A program made the position numbers and the translations under genes. From Alphaproteobacteria bacterium (GTDB taxonomy: Bacteria > Pseudomonadota > Alphaproteobacteria > JBFXJJ01), in contig JBFXJJ010000001.1 in assembly GCA_050175015.1 (NCBI GenBank), positions 128,001-192,000 on the forward strand: a stretch of DNA of 64,000 nucleotides. Direction: 5' to 3'. Shown here in pieces: positions 37,488 to 46,705 of the stretch (position 1 is its first letter; each line of letters starts with the position of its first letter). The notes under the pieces are model-generated. The model had not been told where the DNA came from and did not search any database. It was given only the letters and a program-made list of their open reading frames with translations.

Positions 37488-38426
37488 TTAATGACCATCA
37501 ATATCGTGCAGCATAATAACTTGATGTTCTAAAATGGGTAAAATTTCCGTTACATATTCCTCAACCGCTCTAACACTTCCTGGAAGTGCAAAAACCTGTG
37601 TCTTATTTATGATAGCGGCAACAGACCTGCTCAAAAGTGCCTTGGGATTGGTTGCGCCGTATTTAAAACGGATAAAGTCCATAATGCCATCAAGCGTTTT
37701 ATCGGCTTCTTTTAAAATAACATCTGGTGTAATATCTCTTGATGAAACACCTGTTCCGCCAGTTGTAAACAAAATATCAATTTCGCCTTTTCGAGCTTTA
37801 TCGAGCTCCGTTTTAAGCAAATCGGCATCATCTGGTATAATTTTTTGGCTAATATTTATATGCCACCTTTTGGTTTCAAAATATTCCATTATCATTTCTT
37901 GAGCTTTGGGACCGCTTTTATCTTCATATTCACCTCTAGACGCCCTATCACTCAAAGTAAGAATTGTGATATTAAGTGGCTGCGGCTGCCATACAATTTC
38001 ATCTCCAGCATTAATTATTCCGCCTTTAATAACTCTGCAAAAAATACCCTCTTTAGGCATAACGCAATTACCAACTTCACGATAAATAGCGCAGTTATCA
38101 CCATGGCATTTTTTACCAAGCTGGGTAACTTCAAGTTCAACTTCTCCTATTTTGAACCTATCAAGAACTGCTGTTTTCATAATATCGATACCGCCAACGG
38201 TAAAGTTTTCTGCAAACTCTCCCGCATTAATCTCCCTTTTTGCTTTTGCCTCAAATTTTTCAATGCTTGATAGACCTAACAAGCTTATCTGACGGTGCCA
38301 AGCGCCAGCGTGAGCATCTCCAACAATTCCGTTAGCATCGATTGTTACGCTAGCCTTAGGAGTTTTAATTATTCCTTTTTTTTCAGAAATATTAACCGAA
38401 ATTATCTTGCCTTTAACTGTTTCCAT
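37488..38426 (-). CDS. MOSC domain-MogA (molybdopterin adenylyltransferase) fusion
   Basis: GDAHAG.WHRQISLL, GEFAEN, GKKCH, CVMPKEG; then TLSDR, TTGGTG, ALPGS. Confidence 0.88.
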   Translation of the reverse strand: METVKGKIISVNISEKKGIIKTPKASVTIDANGIVGDAHAGAWHRQISLLGLSSIEKFEAKAKREINAGEFAENFTVGGIDIMKTAVLDRFKIGEVELEVTQLGKKCHGDNCAIYREVGNCVMPKEGIFCRVIKGGIINAGDEIVWQPQPLNITILTLSDRASRGEYEDKSGPKAQEMIMEYFETKRWHINISQKIIPDDADLLKTELDKARKGEIDILFTTGGTGVSSRDITPDVILKEADKTLDGIMDFIRFKYGATNPKALLSRSVAAIINKTQVFALPGSVRAVEEYVTEILPILEHQVIMLHDIDGH

Positions 38427-38435
38427 TTTTTTACC

Positions 38436-38891
38436 TTAGATGTTTTCTTTTGTTTTTTCTAACAGCCTAATATTGCCTAAAACCATTTCTTTATCAATGG
38501 CTTTGCACATATCGTATATTGTAAGCAGTCCAACAGAAACGGCCGTCAAAGCCTCCATTTCAACTCCTGTAAGACCTATGCAGGAAGCACTCGCTTCAAC
38601 TTCTATCGTTGTTTCATCAACAATTTTTGCTTCCGCACCTATATGCGTTAAAGCTAGCGGATGACATAATGGAATTAAGTTTGATGTTTGCTTAGCCCCT
38701 TGAATAGCTGCAATCTCTGCAATATTCAAAACATTTCCTTTACGAATTTCATTCTGTTTAATCTTAAGGATTGTTGCAGAATTAAGCTTTATTTGCCCCT
38801 TAGCAACAGCCCTACGTTTTTGAGGGCTTTTAGACCCGACATCAACCATTTTAGGGCGGTCTTTTTCATCCAAATGTGAAAATTCGCTCAT
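38436..38891 (-). CDS. moaC: Cyclic pyranopterin monophosphate synthase
   Basis: MVDV, LIPLCHP, TGVEMEAL, YDMCKA; start MSEFSHL. Confidence 0.96.
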   Translation of the reverse strand: MSEFSHLDEKDRPKMVDVGSKSPQKRRAVAKGQIKLNSATILKIKQNEIRKGNVLNIAEIAAIQGAKQTSNLIPLCHPLALTHIGAEAKIVDETTIEVEASASCIGLTGVEMEALTAVSVGLLTIYDMCKAIDKEMVLGNIRLLEKTKENI

Positions 38892-38896
38892 TATTA

Positions 38897-39694
38897 TCAG
38901 CCTCCTATTTCCCAAAACTTATGATGACTATTGGTGCCGTGTTCTGGTTTACTGCTAACCGCTTTTGCTAAAGCCTCTTTGGCTCCATATTCTCTAACGT
39001 CAAAAGATAAATCATTAAAAAGACAAGGGACTATCTTTCCCATACAATTAAGGCGCAGACGGTTACATTTATAACATTTGCCGCCTTCTCCACCTTCAAC
39101 TGGAGCAAAAACTCCTTCTTCTAAATCCATTCTATGGATATATCTAATATCAATTCCTTCCGCATCGGCAAAAGCTTTGACCTTTCTAGCCCTAGGTTCA
39201 TCTTTAGATTGGTTAACTACGCAGTTCAGCTTAATCGGAAAAAGACCCGCCTTCTTAGCTGCTCTAATTCCTTTAACCACTTTATCTAAATCGCCGCCGC
39301 CAGTAAGCTTAAAAAACTCGTCCTTATCAACACTATCCAAACTTATATTAATCCGCATAAGCCCTGCTTTAGCTAATTTTTCAGCTTTATCTTCCAGCAA
39401 AATGCCATTGCTTGTCATACTTAAATCTTTAACACCTGCAATTCCAGAAATAAGCGCCACTAGTTTTTCAATCTGCGGTCTTACTAATGGCTCTCCTCCA
39501 GTAATACGAAATTTTTCAAACCCAATTAAAACGGCTTCATTAACAACTTCTGCTATTTCTTCAAAGGAAAGTAAATCATTATGCTTAACCAAATTTGTGC
39601 ATTTTTGAGCCGCACAATATTCGCAAGCTAAATTGCACTTATCTGTTACTGAAATTCTTAAATAATTAAGATTACGACCGAAGCAGTCTAACAT
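38897..39694 (-). CDS. moaA: GTP 3',8-cyclase (short form)
   Basis: YLRISVTDKCNLACEYC, TGGEP, CYKCNRLRL, C-terminal IGG. Confidence 0.93.
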   Translation of the reverse strand: MLDCFGRNLNYLRISVTDKCNLACEYCAAQKCTNLVKHNDLLSFEEIAEVVNEAVLIGFEKFRITGGEPLVRPQIEKLVALISGIAGVKDLSMTSNGILLEDKAEKLAKAGLMRINISLDSVDKDEFFKLTGGGDLDKVVKGIRAAKKAGLFPIKLNCVVNQSKDEPRARKVKAFADAEGIDIRYIHRMDLEEGVFAPVEGGEGGKCYKCNRLRLNCMGKIVPCLFNDLSFDVREYGAKEALAKAVSSKPEHGTNSHHKFWEIGG

Positions 39695-40853
39695 TTATCT
39701 CAGAACCCTTTGCAATTTCAGAAATACCTTGCTCAATAATCATTAAACCGTCAGCTTCAGCTAAACTGGCAATATCTCCTGATGATTGTTGTTTCAATGG
39801 TTTTATCATTTTGTGATTTATAATTTTTACAGGGTACCATTCTTTGCGTTTATTTTCTTTGCGGCGAAAATCTTCAGCCAAAATAAACGATGCTTCCAAA
39901 GGTTTGTAATCACACCCCATCAATTTATATAAAAACGGCTTAGCTAAAATTTCAAACTGCACGAATGAAGATACAGGATTGCCAGGAAGTCCTAGACAGC
40001 AAGATTTTTCAAAAGCGGCAAATTTTGAAGGTTTCCCTGGTTTTACTGCTACTTTTTCAATTAGAATTAACCCGCCTAGAGCTTCAATAGCTTTGGGAAC
40101 AAAATCATATTCCCCCATAGAAACACCGCCAGAAAGAAGAATTAAGTCGCTTACATCTTTAGCTTTGGCTATTGCACTTATGGTGCTTTCTAGCTTATCT
40201 CCAATGTGAGAACAAAAAGTTAAATCAGCACCCATCTCCTCTATTTGAGCTTTTAACTGTGGAGTATTGCTATCTCTAATATGACCGTCTTTTGGTTTCT
40301 CAGAAAAACTAGACAGCTCGTTACCTGTAACTAATAACGCAACTCTAGGACGAAGAGCCACTTTAACCTTTGCTCTACCAGCCGTTGCTAAAATGGCAAT
40401 GTGATGTGGTTTTAAAATCTTGCCCTTTGATAAAAGAATATCTCCGATTTTAAAATCCTCACCTTTAAAACTGATGTTGTCATCAGTTTTAACGCCAGTG
40501 AAAACGATAGTATCATCTTTAAGCGTTTTTGTTTCTTCAACCATAATCACACAGTCAGCTCCAGCTGGCACTGGCGCTCCTGTCATAATTCTAATGCAGG
40601 TTCCTGTAGTTACAATTTCATCTGACACTTCACCAGCATAAACCGTATCTATAACTTCTAATTCCTGCATTAAATCTTCTCTGCGGCAGGCAAACCCGTC
40701 CATACGTGATTTATTGAATAAAGGCATATCAATATCAGCTTCAATATCTTCGGCTAAAACTCGGCCGCAAGCATTTTCAAGCAAAACTTCTTCCTGCCCT
40801 TTAAAAACGGCTTTTTCTAAAACAATTTTTAATGCCTCTTCATATTTAATCAT
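39672..40853 (-). CDS. moeA: Molybdopterin molybdotransferase
   Basis: SRMDGFA, IMTGAPVP, TGNEL, SGGVSMG, KPGKP, LPGNP. Confidence 0.95.
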   Translation of the reverse strand: MIKYEEALKIVLEKAVFKGQEEVLLENACGRVLAEDIEADIDMPLFNKSRMDGFACRREDLMQELEVIDTVYAGEVSDEIVTTGTCIRIMTGAPVPAGADCVIMVEETKTLKDDTIVFTGVKTDDNISFKGEDFKIGDILLSKGKILKPHHIAILATAGRAKVKVALRPRVALLVTGNELSSFSEKPKDGHIRDSNTPQLKAQIEEMGADLTFCSHIGDKLESTISAIAKAKDVSDLILLSGGVSMGEYDFVPKAIEALGGLILIEKVAVKPGKPSKFAAFEKSCCLGLPGNPVSSFVQFEILAKPFLYKLMGCDYKPLEASFILAEDFRRKENKRKEWYPVKIINHKMIKPLKQQSSGDIASLAEADGLMIIEQGISEIAKGSEINVRLLRS

Positions 40854-40918
40854 CAAAACTTCCTCTTTTGACAAGATGCTTTATAATAGTTAATATTCTT
40901 ATTTTAAACTATATGGAG

Positions 40919-41299
40919 ATGAAATTGCCAAAAAAATCTTTGCAAAATCTCAATAATTCGGATCAAAAAACGACTATTACTTTTCGTATCGATTTGACTA
41001 ACGGCAAAGCCATTGGTCCTGGCAAAATAAACCTTTTGGAACAAATTGATAAACTTGGATCCATCTCCGCTGCAGGTAAAACTTTTGGTATGTCTTATCG
41101 CAGAGCATGGCTTCTGGTTGACGATCTCAATCATACTTTTAAAGAACCTCTAGTTATTGCCAAACAAGGCGGAAAAGGTGGCGGTAATGCAGAATTAACA
41201 ATTCTTGGTAAAGAAATTATCAAGCATTACCGCTCTATAGAAATTCAGGCTAAAGAACATTTTTTAGAACATCTAAATGCTTTTGAAAATGCTCTTTAA
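40919..41299 (+). CDS. modE: ModE-family wHTH regulator (DNA-binding domain only)
   Basis: IGPGKINLL, GSISAAGK.FGMSYRRAW, GGKGGGNAELT; no TOBE domain. Start could also be 40913. Confidence 0.9.
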   Translation: MKLPKKSLQNLNNSDQKTTITFRIDLTNGKAIGPGKINLLEQIDKLGSISAAGKTFGMSYRRAWLLVDDLNHTFKEPLVIAKQGGKGGGNAELTILGKEIIKHYRSIEIQAKEHFLEHLNAFENAL

Positions 41300-41310
41300 C
41301 TTGATGCTTG

Positions 41311-41544
41311 TAATATCCGTAAAAATATTACGACATTCATAAAACTAATGCAAGCCAATTACGCCTCATATTGCAGGCTAGAAAAAATATTCCTGAGAAC
41401 TTTAGGGCAGAATTTATGGTTGTAAGCTTTTTTATTTTTGCCTAACGGCAAATGCAAAAATAAACGTTTTTAGGATTATTAAGGATTTTTTTAAAAAATC
41501 CTTAATATGCGAAGCAATTTTAAATAATTAAATTACGGACATTA
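41311..41544. repeat. MITE-like non-coding element containing copy 2 (41467-41518) of the palindromic repeat
   Basis: Terminal inverted repeats TAATATCCGTAA / TTACGGACATTA (11 of 12 match) with internal hairpins. Confidence 0.45.
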
Positions 41545-41662
41545 TTTTAATCATACTGCTTTTATTTTGCCTTACGGCAAAGCCTAGCTGGCAGCTTTGC
41601 TTTTAACAAAAGCAAAAGTAAAAAATTTTTAAACTTTCTGCCTTTAGCTACAACGCCAAAAG

Positions 41663-43606
41663 CTACATTTCAAGACCTTTAATTTTATTAGCTACCGCAT
41701 AGTTAACTTGTGGTCTTGCCGCTTTTTGTTTGCCTAAAAATGATGACAGCCCTTCGTCCACAACCTGTTTTAAAACCTCTAAATCCTGAGGTCTGCCCAA
41801 ACCGTGTCCCGCGTCTTTGATTGTTTTCATTTCAACTGGAGTCGATGTTTTAAGCTTTTTAGTAAAACTTTTTGCTTCTTCAAAAGCTACAACATTATCC
41901 TTAACACCTTGAATCAAAACCACTTTAGACTTAATTTCTGGGCTATTAGAACGCAAAAGCATATTCTTTTCGCCATCAACGACTACCGCCCGAGTTAATT
42001 CTTCGCCTTCTGTGGGGCTAAAATCAGAATAAACTTTAGTCATACCTTTTTTATAAAGTTCATTTTTTTGCTCAGGGCTTAATTCTTGCTGCATTCTTTC
42101 CGTATAATCAGGAGCTGCCGCTAAACCCACGACCTCAGAAACACGATCTGGCATTTTGGCTGCCACATTAAGAGCAATCCAACCACCCATACTAGCACCA
42201 ATAACCATTTGCTGCCCTTTAGTATGTTCTTCAATAAGCTCTTGAGCAGCACTCGTCCATCTTGAAATTGTGCAGTCTTTATATTCTGGAGGAATTGAAC
42301 GCTTATGACCTGGCAAATCCATACTTAAAAAAGAAAGACCTTCTTTTTTACAATATTCTTCTATAAATTCAGGTTTAGAACCGTCCATACTGCCGTGCGT
42401 GCCGTGAATAAATACAATTCCAGGTTCTTTGCCTTCAACTTTTTTAAAATAAACTTTATCGCCGCTTTTAGTAATATGAGACTGAACTTCTTTGCTGTCA
42501 GTACGATGGCAGTATTCTTGGTTTAAGACATTAATAACCTGATTATAATGATCAAACTTACCTTCATTTCCTTTGTGGATTTTAGTTTTTAATTTTGTTA
42601 TTTCTCCAGCTAATACCGTTATTTCATCGGTTGAAAGATCTTTGACCGCATTGCTATAATCGGCATTACGCTTAGTCGCTGCGGCTGATTCCGCAATTTT
42701 TACCTTACCAGAATTAATATTGTCGTTATTTTGGTCTGATGTAACTAAATTTTTAGGATTATCAAAAAATACGACATTAGAGGCTGGTGCTGCAATCATA
42801 ACTTCACGGCTTTCGCCCTCTTTCATACCACTAATCTGCAAATCAAGATGAGCGTGTATCATATCGTGATAAAGGTTATCTCTGATTAAAACAAAGTTAC
42901 CCGCATCATTGGTACCACCGCCGTGAATTGGTTTTTTGTGATGAACATTATAACCGCTAGGACAAATTCCTTCTTCTGCCATTGCTGCTACTTGATCTGG
43001 CAATAAACCAGCCGCTTCCAAAGCCTGACTGTAATCACTGCCGAGTTTTTTTAAAAAATTACTGCGGGCTCCAACTAATAAAACATCTCCCAGCTTGTCC
43101 TTAGCCACTCCAAATTCATTAGGAACAGGACTGTTAAAAGCATCTCTAGTGCTAAGGCGGTATTCCTTGCTTTGAACGGTATAAGTATCTTTGTGAAAAG
43201 TCATACCGACATTGTTAAAATCTTTTTCGGTTAAACTCTTGCCCCTGTCTTCCACCATACTAACGAAAACTGCACTTTCAGATTCGCTCGGAAGCGTTCC
43301 AAAAGAAAGAAAATGTTCAGCTTTAAAGGCATTTAATTTGGTTTCTAGTTCTTTTCTTTTTTGCAGGTCTGCTTTAGCTTGTTCTTGTTGTAATTTTTCA
43401 GCTAAAGCCTGCTTTTTGCGAACTTCGCTTTCTATCTTCAGTTGATTTTTAACTTCATCAGAAAAATCTTGAAATCTTGGAGCTTTGCCCTCGGCAAATT
43501 CATAACTATCGCCAGTTTTAACTAGTACATCGCTGTATTGTTTTAAAAAGATCTGTTGAACTTCTGAACTGAACTTCGCAAAACTAACACTGTTTTCTTT
43601 TGCCAT
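41663..43606 (-). CDS. Fusion protein: helical N-terminus, HNH nuclease-like domain, alpha/beta hydrolase
   Basis: YNVHHKKPIHGGGTNDAGNFVLI...YHDMIH; GIVFIHG, GASMGGW, QGVKD, DAGHGL triad. Confidence 0.85.
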   Translation of the reverse strand: MAKENSVSFAKFSSEVQQIFLKQYSDVLVKTGDSYEFAEGKAPRFQDFSDEVKNQLKIESEVRKKQALAEKLQQEQAKADLQKRKELETKLNAFKAEHFLSFGTLPSESESAVFVSMVEDRGKSLTEKDFNNVGMTFHKDTYTVQSKEYRLSTRDAFNSPVPNEFGVAKDKLGDVLLVGARSNFLKKLGSDYSQALEAAGLLPDQVAAMAEEGICPSGYNVHHKKPIHGGGTNDAGNFVLIRDNLYHDMIHAHLDLQISGMKEGESREVMIAAPASNVVFFDNPKNLVTSDQNNDNINSGKVKIAESAAATKRNADYSNAVKDLSTDEITVLAGEITKLKTKIHKGNEGKFDHYNQVINVLNQEYCHRTDSKEVQSHITKSGDKVYFKKVEGKEPGIVFIHGTHGSMDGSKPEFIEEYCKKEGLSFLSMDLPGHKRSIPPEYKDCTISRWTSAAQELIEEHTKGQQMVIGASMGGWIALNVAAKMPDRVSEVVGLAAAPDYTERMQQELSPEQKNELYKKGMTKVYSDFSPTEGEELTRAVVVDGEKNMLLRSNSPEIKSKVVLIQGVKDNVVAFEEAKSFTKKLKTSTPVEMKTIKDAGHGLGRPQDLEVLKQVVDEGLSSFLGKQKAARPQVNYAVANKIKGLEM

Positions 43607-43622
43607 TTTTTTAAACCATATA

Positions 43623-44042
43623 TTATTTCATTATACTTAAAACAAGTTCTTCTATTGATGCAAAGTCTTGTAAAGCTTCGCAATCCACCGTATCTATTAC
43701 CTGATATTTTCTCGTTGTGTAATCATAGGCAAAGAGGTCATTATCCATTTTGCCGACCACAAGTTTTCCTATCAGTTTGGGATATTTTTCATCATAATTC
43801 TGATTAGCAGAAACAATGTTCGGTGCAGTATATTCTTCAGCATTGATATTGGCTGTACCAAAAATCTCCATACCGTTCCAAAGAAAGCCATCTGCCATCT
43901 TTAAAAATTTTATATAATCATCTGGAAGCAACGGAAAATCATTGTTAAACAAATTTTCCATACAAGTTTCTAACTCGTCATCTAAAGCCTTGCTGGCGAC
44001 GATGGCTCCTGTCTGATTTTTTATTTTAGCCAATATATCCAA
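43623..44042 (-). CDS. SUKH/SMI1-KNR4 (YrhA-like) immunity-family protein
   Basis: LPDDYIKFLKMADGFLWNGMEIFG, VVG, FAYD, FASIEEL; TTG start. Confidence 0.8.
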   Translation of the reverse strand: MDILAKIKNQTGAIVASKALDDELETCMENLFNNDFPLLPDDYIKFLKMADGFLWNGMEIFGTANINAEEYTAPNIVSANQNYDEKYPKLIGKLVVGKMDNDLFAYDYTTRKYQVIDTVDCEALQDFASIEELVLSIMK

Positions 44043-44133
44043 AAATCACCTAAAAAATTTAACAAAAAAACTATTTTAAAATTTAACATAACTTGTATAT
44101 TTAAGCAATTATTTAATTTTTAGGATTAGCGAT

Positions 44134-44448
44134 ATGGATTTTTTTCAAACCTACAAGGAAGTGTCTGATTTTATTAGTAAAAATAAAATTGTTTTGTTCG
44201 CTGGCGGGGAGGAAGGACACTTTAACTGCCGACAGTCAGAAGACCTTTTTGAAGCATTTAAAAGAAATAACGTCAAATTTGCCTGTTTTAACGTTATAGA
44301 GAGACCCCTTGTTATTGACTGTCTTAAAAAATATACCAAGCTGGTTACAATCCCTTTAGTATTCATAAACGGCAAGGCTTTTGGCGGTTATGATGATGTA
44401 CGCGGCAGCCTTTTTTCTGGTGAGTTTTTTGATATTATAAATCTATAA
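44134..44448 (+). CDS. Monothiol glutaredoxin-like protein (atypical CRQS site)
   Basis: IVLF...CRQS, TIPLVFINGK.FGGYD. Confidence 0.75.
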   Translation: MDFFQTYKEVSDFISKNKIVLFAGGEEGHFNCRQSEDLFEAFKRNNVKFACFNVIERPLVIDCLKKYTKLVTIPLVFINGKAFGGYDDVRGSLFSGEFFDIINL

Positions 44449-44989
44449 TTTAAGCTCTCTTTGCTGTGATATTTTGTCGAGTCCATAGCAGTTTAAACCA
44501 CCTTAGCTTTCTTTCTTATAATAAGATATTTCATTTATATAATAAATTATCTTAAAAAAACCTCGTTTCAAACCGTTTGTTTTGTCAAAAACTAAGGACA
44601 AAATAAAGTGAAATTTAAAATTAAATCTTCTTTTTTGCTGAATATCGACTAGATTTTTGGTGGTTTTTTATTAAAGTAAAAACTTTTTTATTCCTAAATC
44701 TTAATAAACTAAGATGGAAGTAATAAATAAATATAAACCTTACTAGACTATAAGTATTAGTTTGTTTATTAATTAGAGAGAAAAACTAATAATCAATGAT
44801 TAACATTAAAATATTATTATCAAAAATAACAATATTTTAATAAGCTTTTATCTACAGACTCTATTTTGAATCTATAAACCAGCTCAATCCTTTGAAAAAC
44901 CTATACTTTTGTGAAATACAAAATCCTTGACGATTCACTTTTTTGATTCCATAATAATAATGGATAATTGTAGAAAGAGTTGTAATCAA

Positions 44990-45403
44990 ATGACGACAGA
45001 TGTAAACAAAGTAATATCTCAAGAAATTGCGGCTATAACGGCACGCAGCGCTTTGTCTCGTCCTGTTGCGACTCAGAACAGCAAAGAAATTGAACAGCTG
45101 CAACAAACCACGGCTTCCGGCCCTTCGGTGGATAACAAACAACCCGAAGATTTTTATAATGCTAAAGATCAGGGGCGTGGTCAAAAAAACAATCAGGAAG
45201 AAAGAAAAGGATCTTTCCCTAAAACTCTAACTACCAATAACGTAGCTGAAGCTGTTGAAGCTGTTGGAGGATTTGATTTAAATCTCGATGATAAAATACC
45301 TTTGTTTGACGCTATAAGAAGCGTTGCTAAATATGATATGAACATTGAGACCATTGAGAGAGACGGTGAAGACGTTAAGCCTTTAAATAGATTTCTTTCT
45401 TAA
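44990..45403 (+). CDS. Hypothetical protein
   Basis: Open frame of polar, low-complexity composition upstream of a flagellar-rod-like gene; start uncertain. Confidence 0.6.
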   Translation: MTTDVNKVISQEIAAITARSALSRPVATQNSKEIEQLQQTTASGPSVDNKQPEDFYNAKDQGRGQKNNQEERKGSFPKTLTTNNVAEAVEAVGGFDLNLDDKIPLFDAIRSVAKYDMNIETIERDGEDVKPLNRFLS

Positions 45404-45483
45404 ATAAAATATTGCACCTGTTTTTTAAGGGTGTTGAACGTTAAGAACATTAGAGCCAAAAAAACAAAAAATAAGAGGCACAT

Positions 45484-45837
45484 ATGGATATTAACTCAAA
45501 TTTAAGCTCTTCATTATATTCAGCTCTTGCTGGTATGTCTGCTGCAGTTAGTACTGTCAATAAGTCCGCTGAAAATATTCTTGATGCAACAACTCTCAAT
45601 AGTTTTGAAGAACCTGCGGAAAACAATTATTCCCAAAACTCTAGCTTCACCCCTAATTATGTCTCTTATGCAAATGTTGTCAGCAATCTGCAAACTAATG
45701 CTGCCGAAGCTGATTCTATGGATCTTGCCCAAGAAATTGGTCATATGAAGCTAGCAGAAACAACTTATAAAGCAAATATTCAAACTATAAAAACCGTTAA
45801 TGAAATGTCGCAAAAGCTTTTAGACACGTTTTCTTAA
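45484..45837 (+). CDS. Flagellar basal-body rod C-terminal-domain protein
   Basis: SALAGM...SAENI N-terminus; DLAQEI..MKLAETTYKANIQTIKT.NEM..KLLD C-terminus. Confidence 0.75.
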   Translation: MDINSNLSSSLYSALAGMSAAVSTVNKSAENILDATTLNSFEEPAENNYSQNSSFTPNYVSYANVVSNLQTNAAEADSMDLAQEIGHMKLAETTYKANIQTIKTVNEMSQKLLDTFS

Positions 45838-46704
45838 TAGTTTACGGTATTTATAATTTTTCACGTATTCGCTAAGCCCTATACTTCCAATAACAATTAC
45901 AGCTCCTATCACTTTATAAAACAAGATAGGCTCGTTCATTATTATAAGTCCGCCAATAAAACTTGAGACCGGTGTCAAGAAACTGAAAAAGACAATATTG
46001 TTAATATTATTTTTGGACAGTAATTTATACCAAAGCGTGTTAGCTATAATATTGGAACCGATAGTAGAATAAAGCACTGATGCCCAGCCTTTCCAGTTAG
46101 ACGCAGCCATAATAGATATGGGATTGCCTTCTCCTGATAAATAAGAAAATAAGAACATTAAAGGCCAAGAATAAAAACCTATATAAAAGCCAATTTGAAG
46201 AGCGCTAACGTCTTTTAATTTTTTGATAACAATGTTAGCACAAGCCCAAGCAAACGCTGATAAAACGGCAGCAATAAAATATACTGGGTTCCCTATCCCA
46301 GAAGCACCGCCAGCTAAAATATAAACGCCGATAAATGCCCCAAAAGTTCCTAGAATTGTTGCCAAACTAGGCTGTTCTTTTAACAAAAATGTTGCTAACA
46401 ATGCGCTGAATGGAACACCTAATTGAATCAAGGTTGCTCCCGTACCAGAATCTATGCCCAAAAGACTGAAATTTAAAAGTCCAAAATGACCTATTCCCAG
46501 CAAAAGAGATATTGTTATAAGATGCTTACGCATAGCTTTGGGAGGCTTTGGTATAAATGGAAATAAAAAAACCGTAATTAATAAAAGTCTCATTGCGGTA
46601 ATTAAAAAAGGGGGGATTTGACCTAAGCCAAACCTAACAAATACGGCGTTTAATCCCCATAAAATTACCGTAATAAAAACTAATAAATAATCTTTTAAAG
46701 CCAT
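45820..46704 (-). CDS. DMT/EamA family transporter
   Basis: About ten hydrophobic segments, LWGLN, two EamA repeats. Confidence 0.9.
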   Translation of the reverse strand: MALKDYLLVFITVILWGLNAVFVRFGLGQIPPFLITAMRLLLITVFLFPFIPKPPKAMRKHLITISLLLGIGHFGLLNFSLLGIDSGTGATLIQLGVPFSALLATFLLKEQPSLATILGTFGAFIGVYILAGGASGIGNPVYFIAAVLSAFAWACANIVIKKLKDVSALQIGFYIGFYSWPLMFLFSYLSGEGNPISIMAASNWKGWASVLYSTIGSNIIANTLWYKLLSKNNINNIVFFSFLTPVSSFIGGLIIMNEPILFYKVIGAVIVIGSIGLSEYVKNYKYRKLLRKRV

Positions 46705-46705
46705 C

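Noticed and set aside
44449-44930. AT-rich gap as a replication origin or CtrA-controlled region
   Set aside because: No clear TTATCCACA boxes or TTAA-N7-TTAA sites found by eye.
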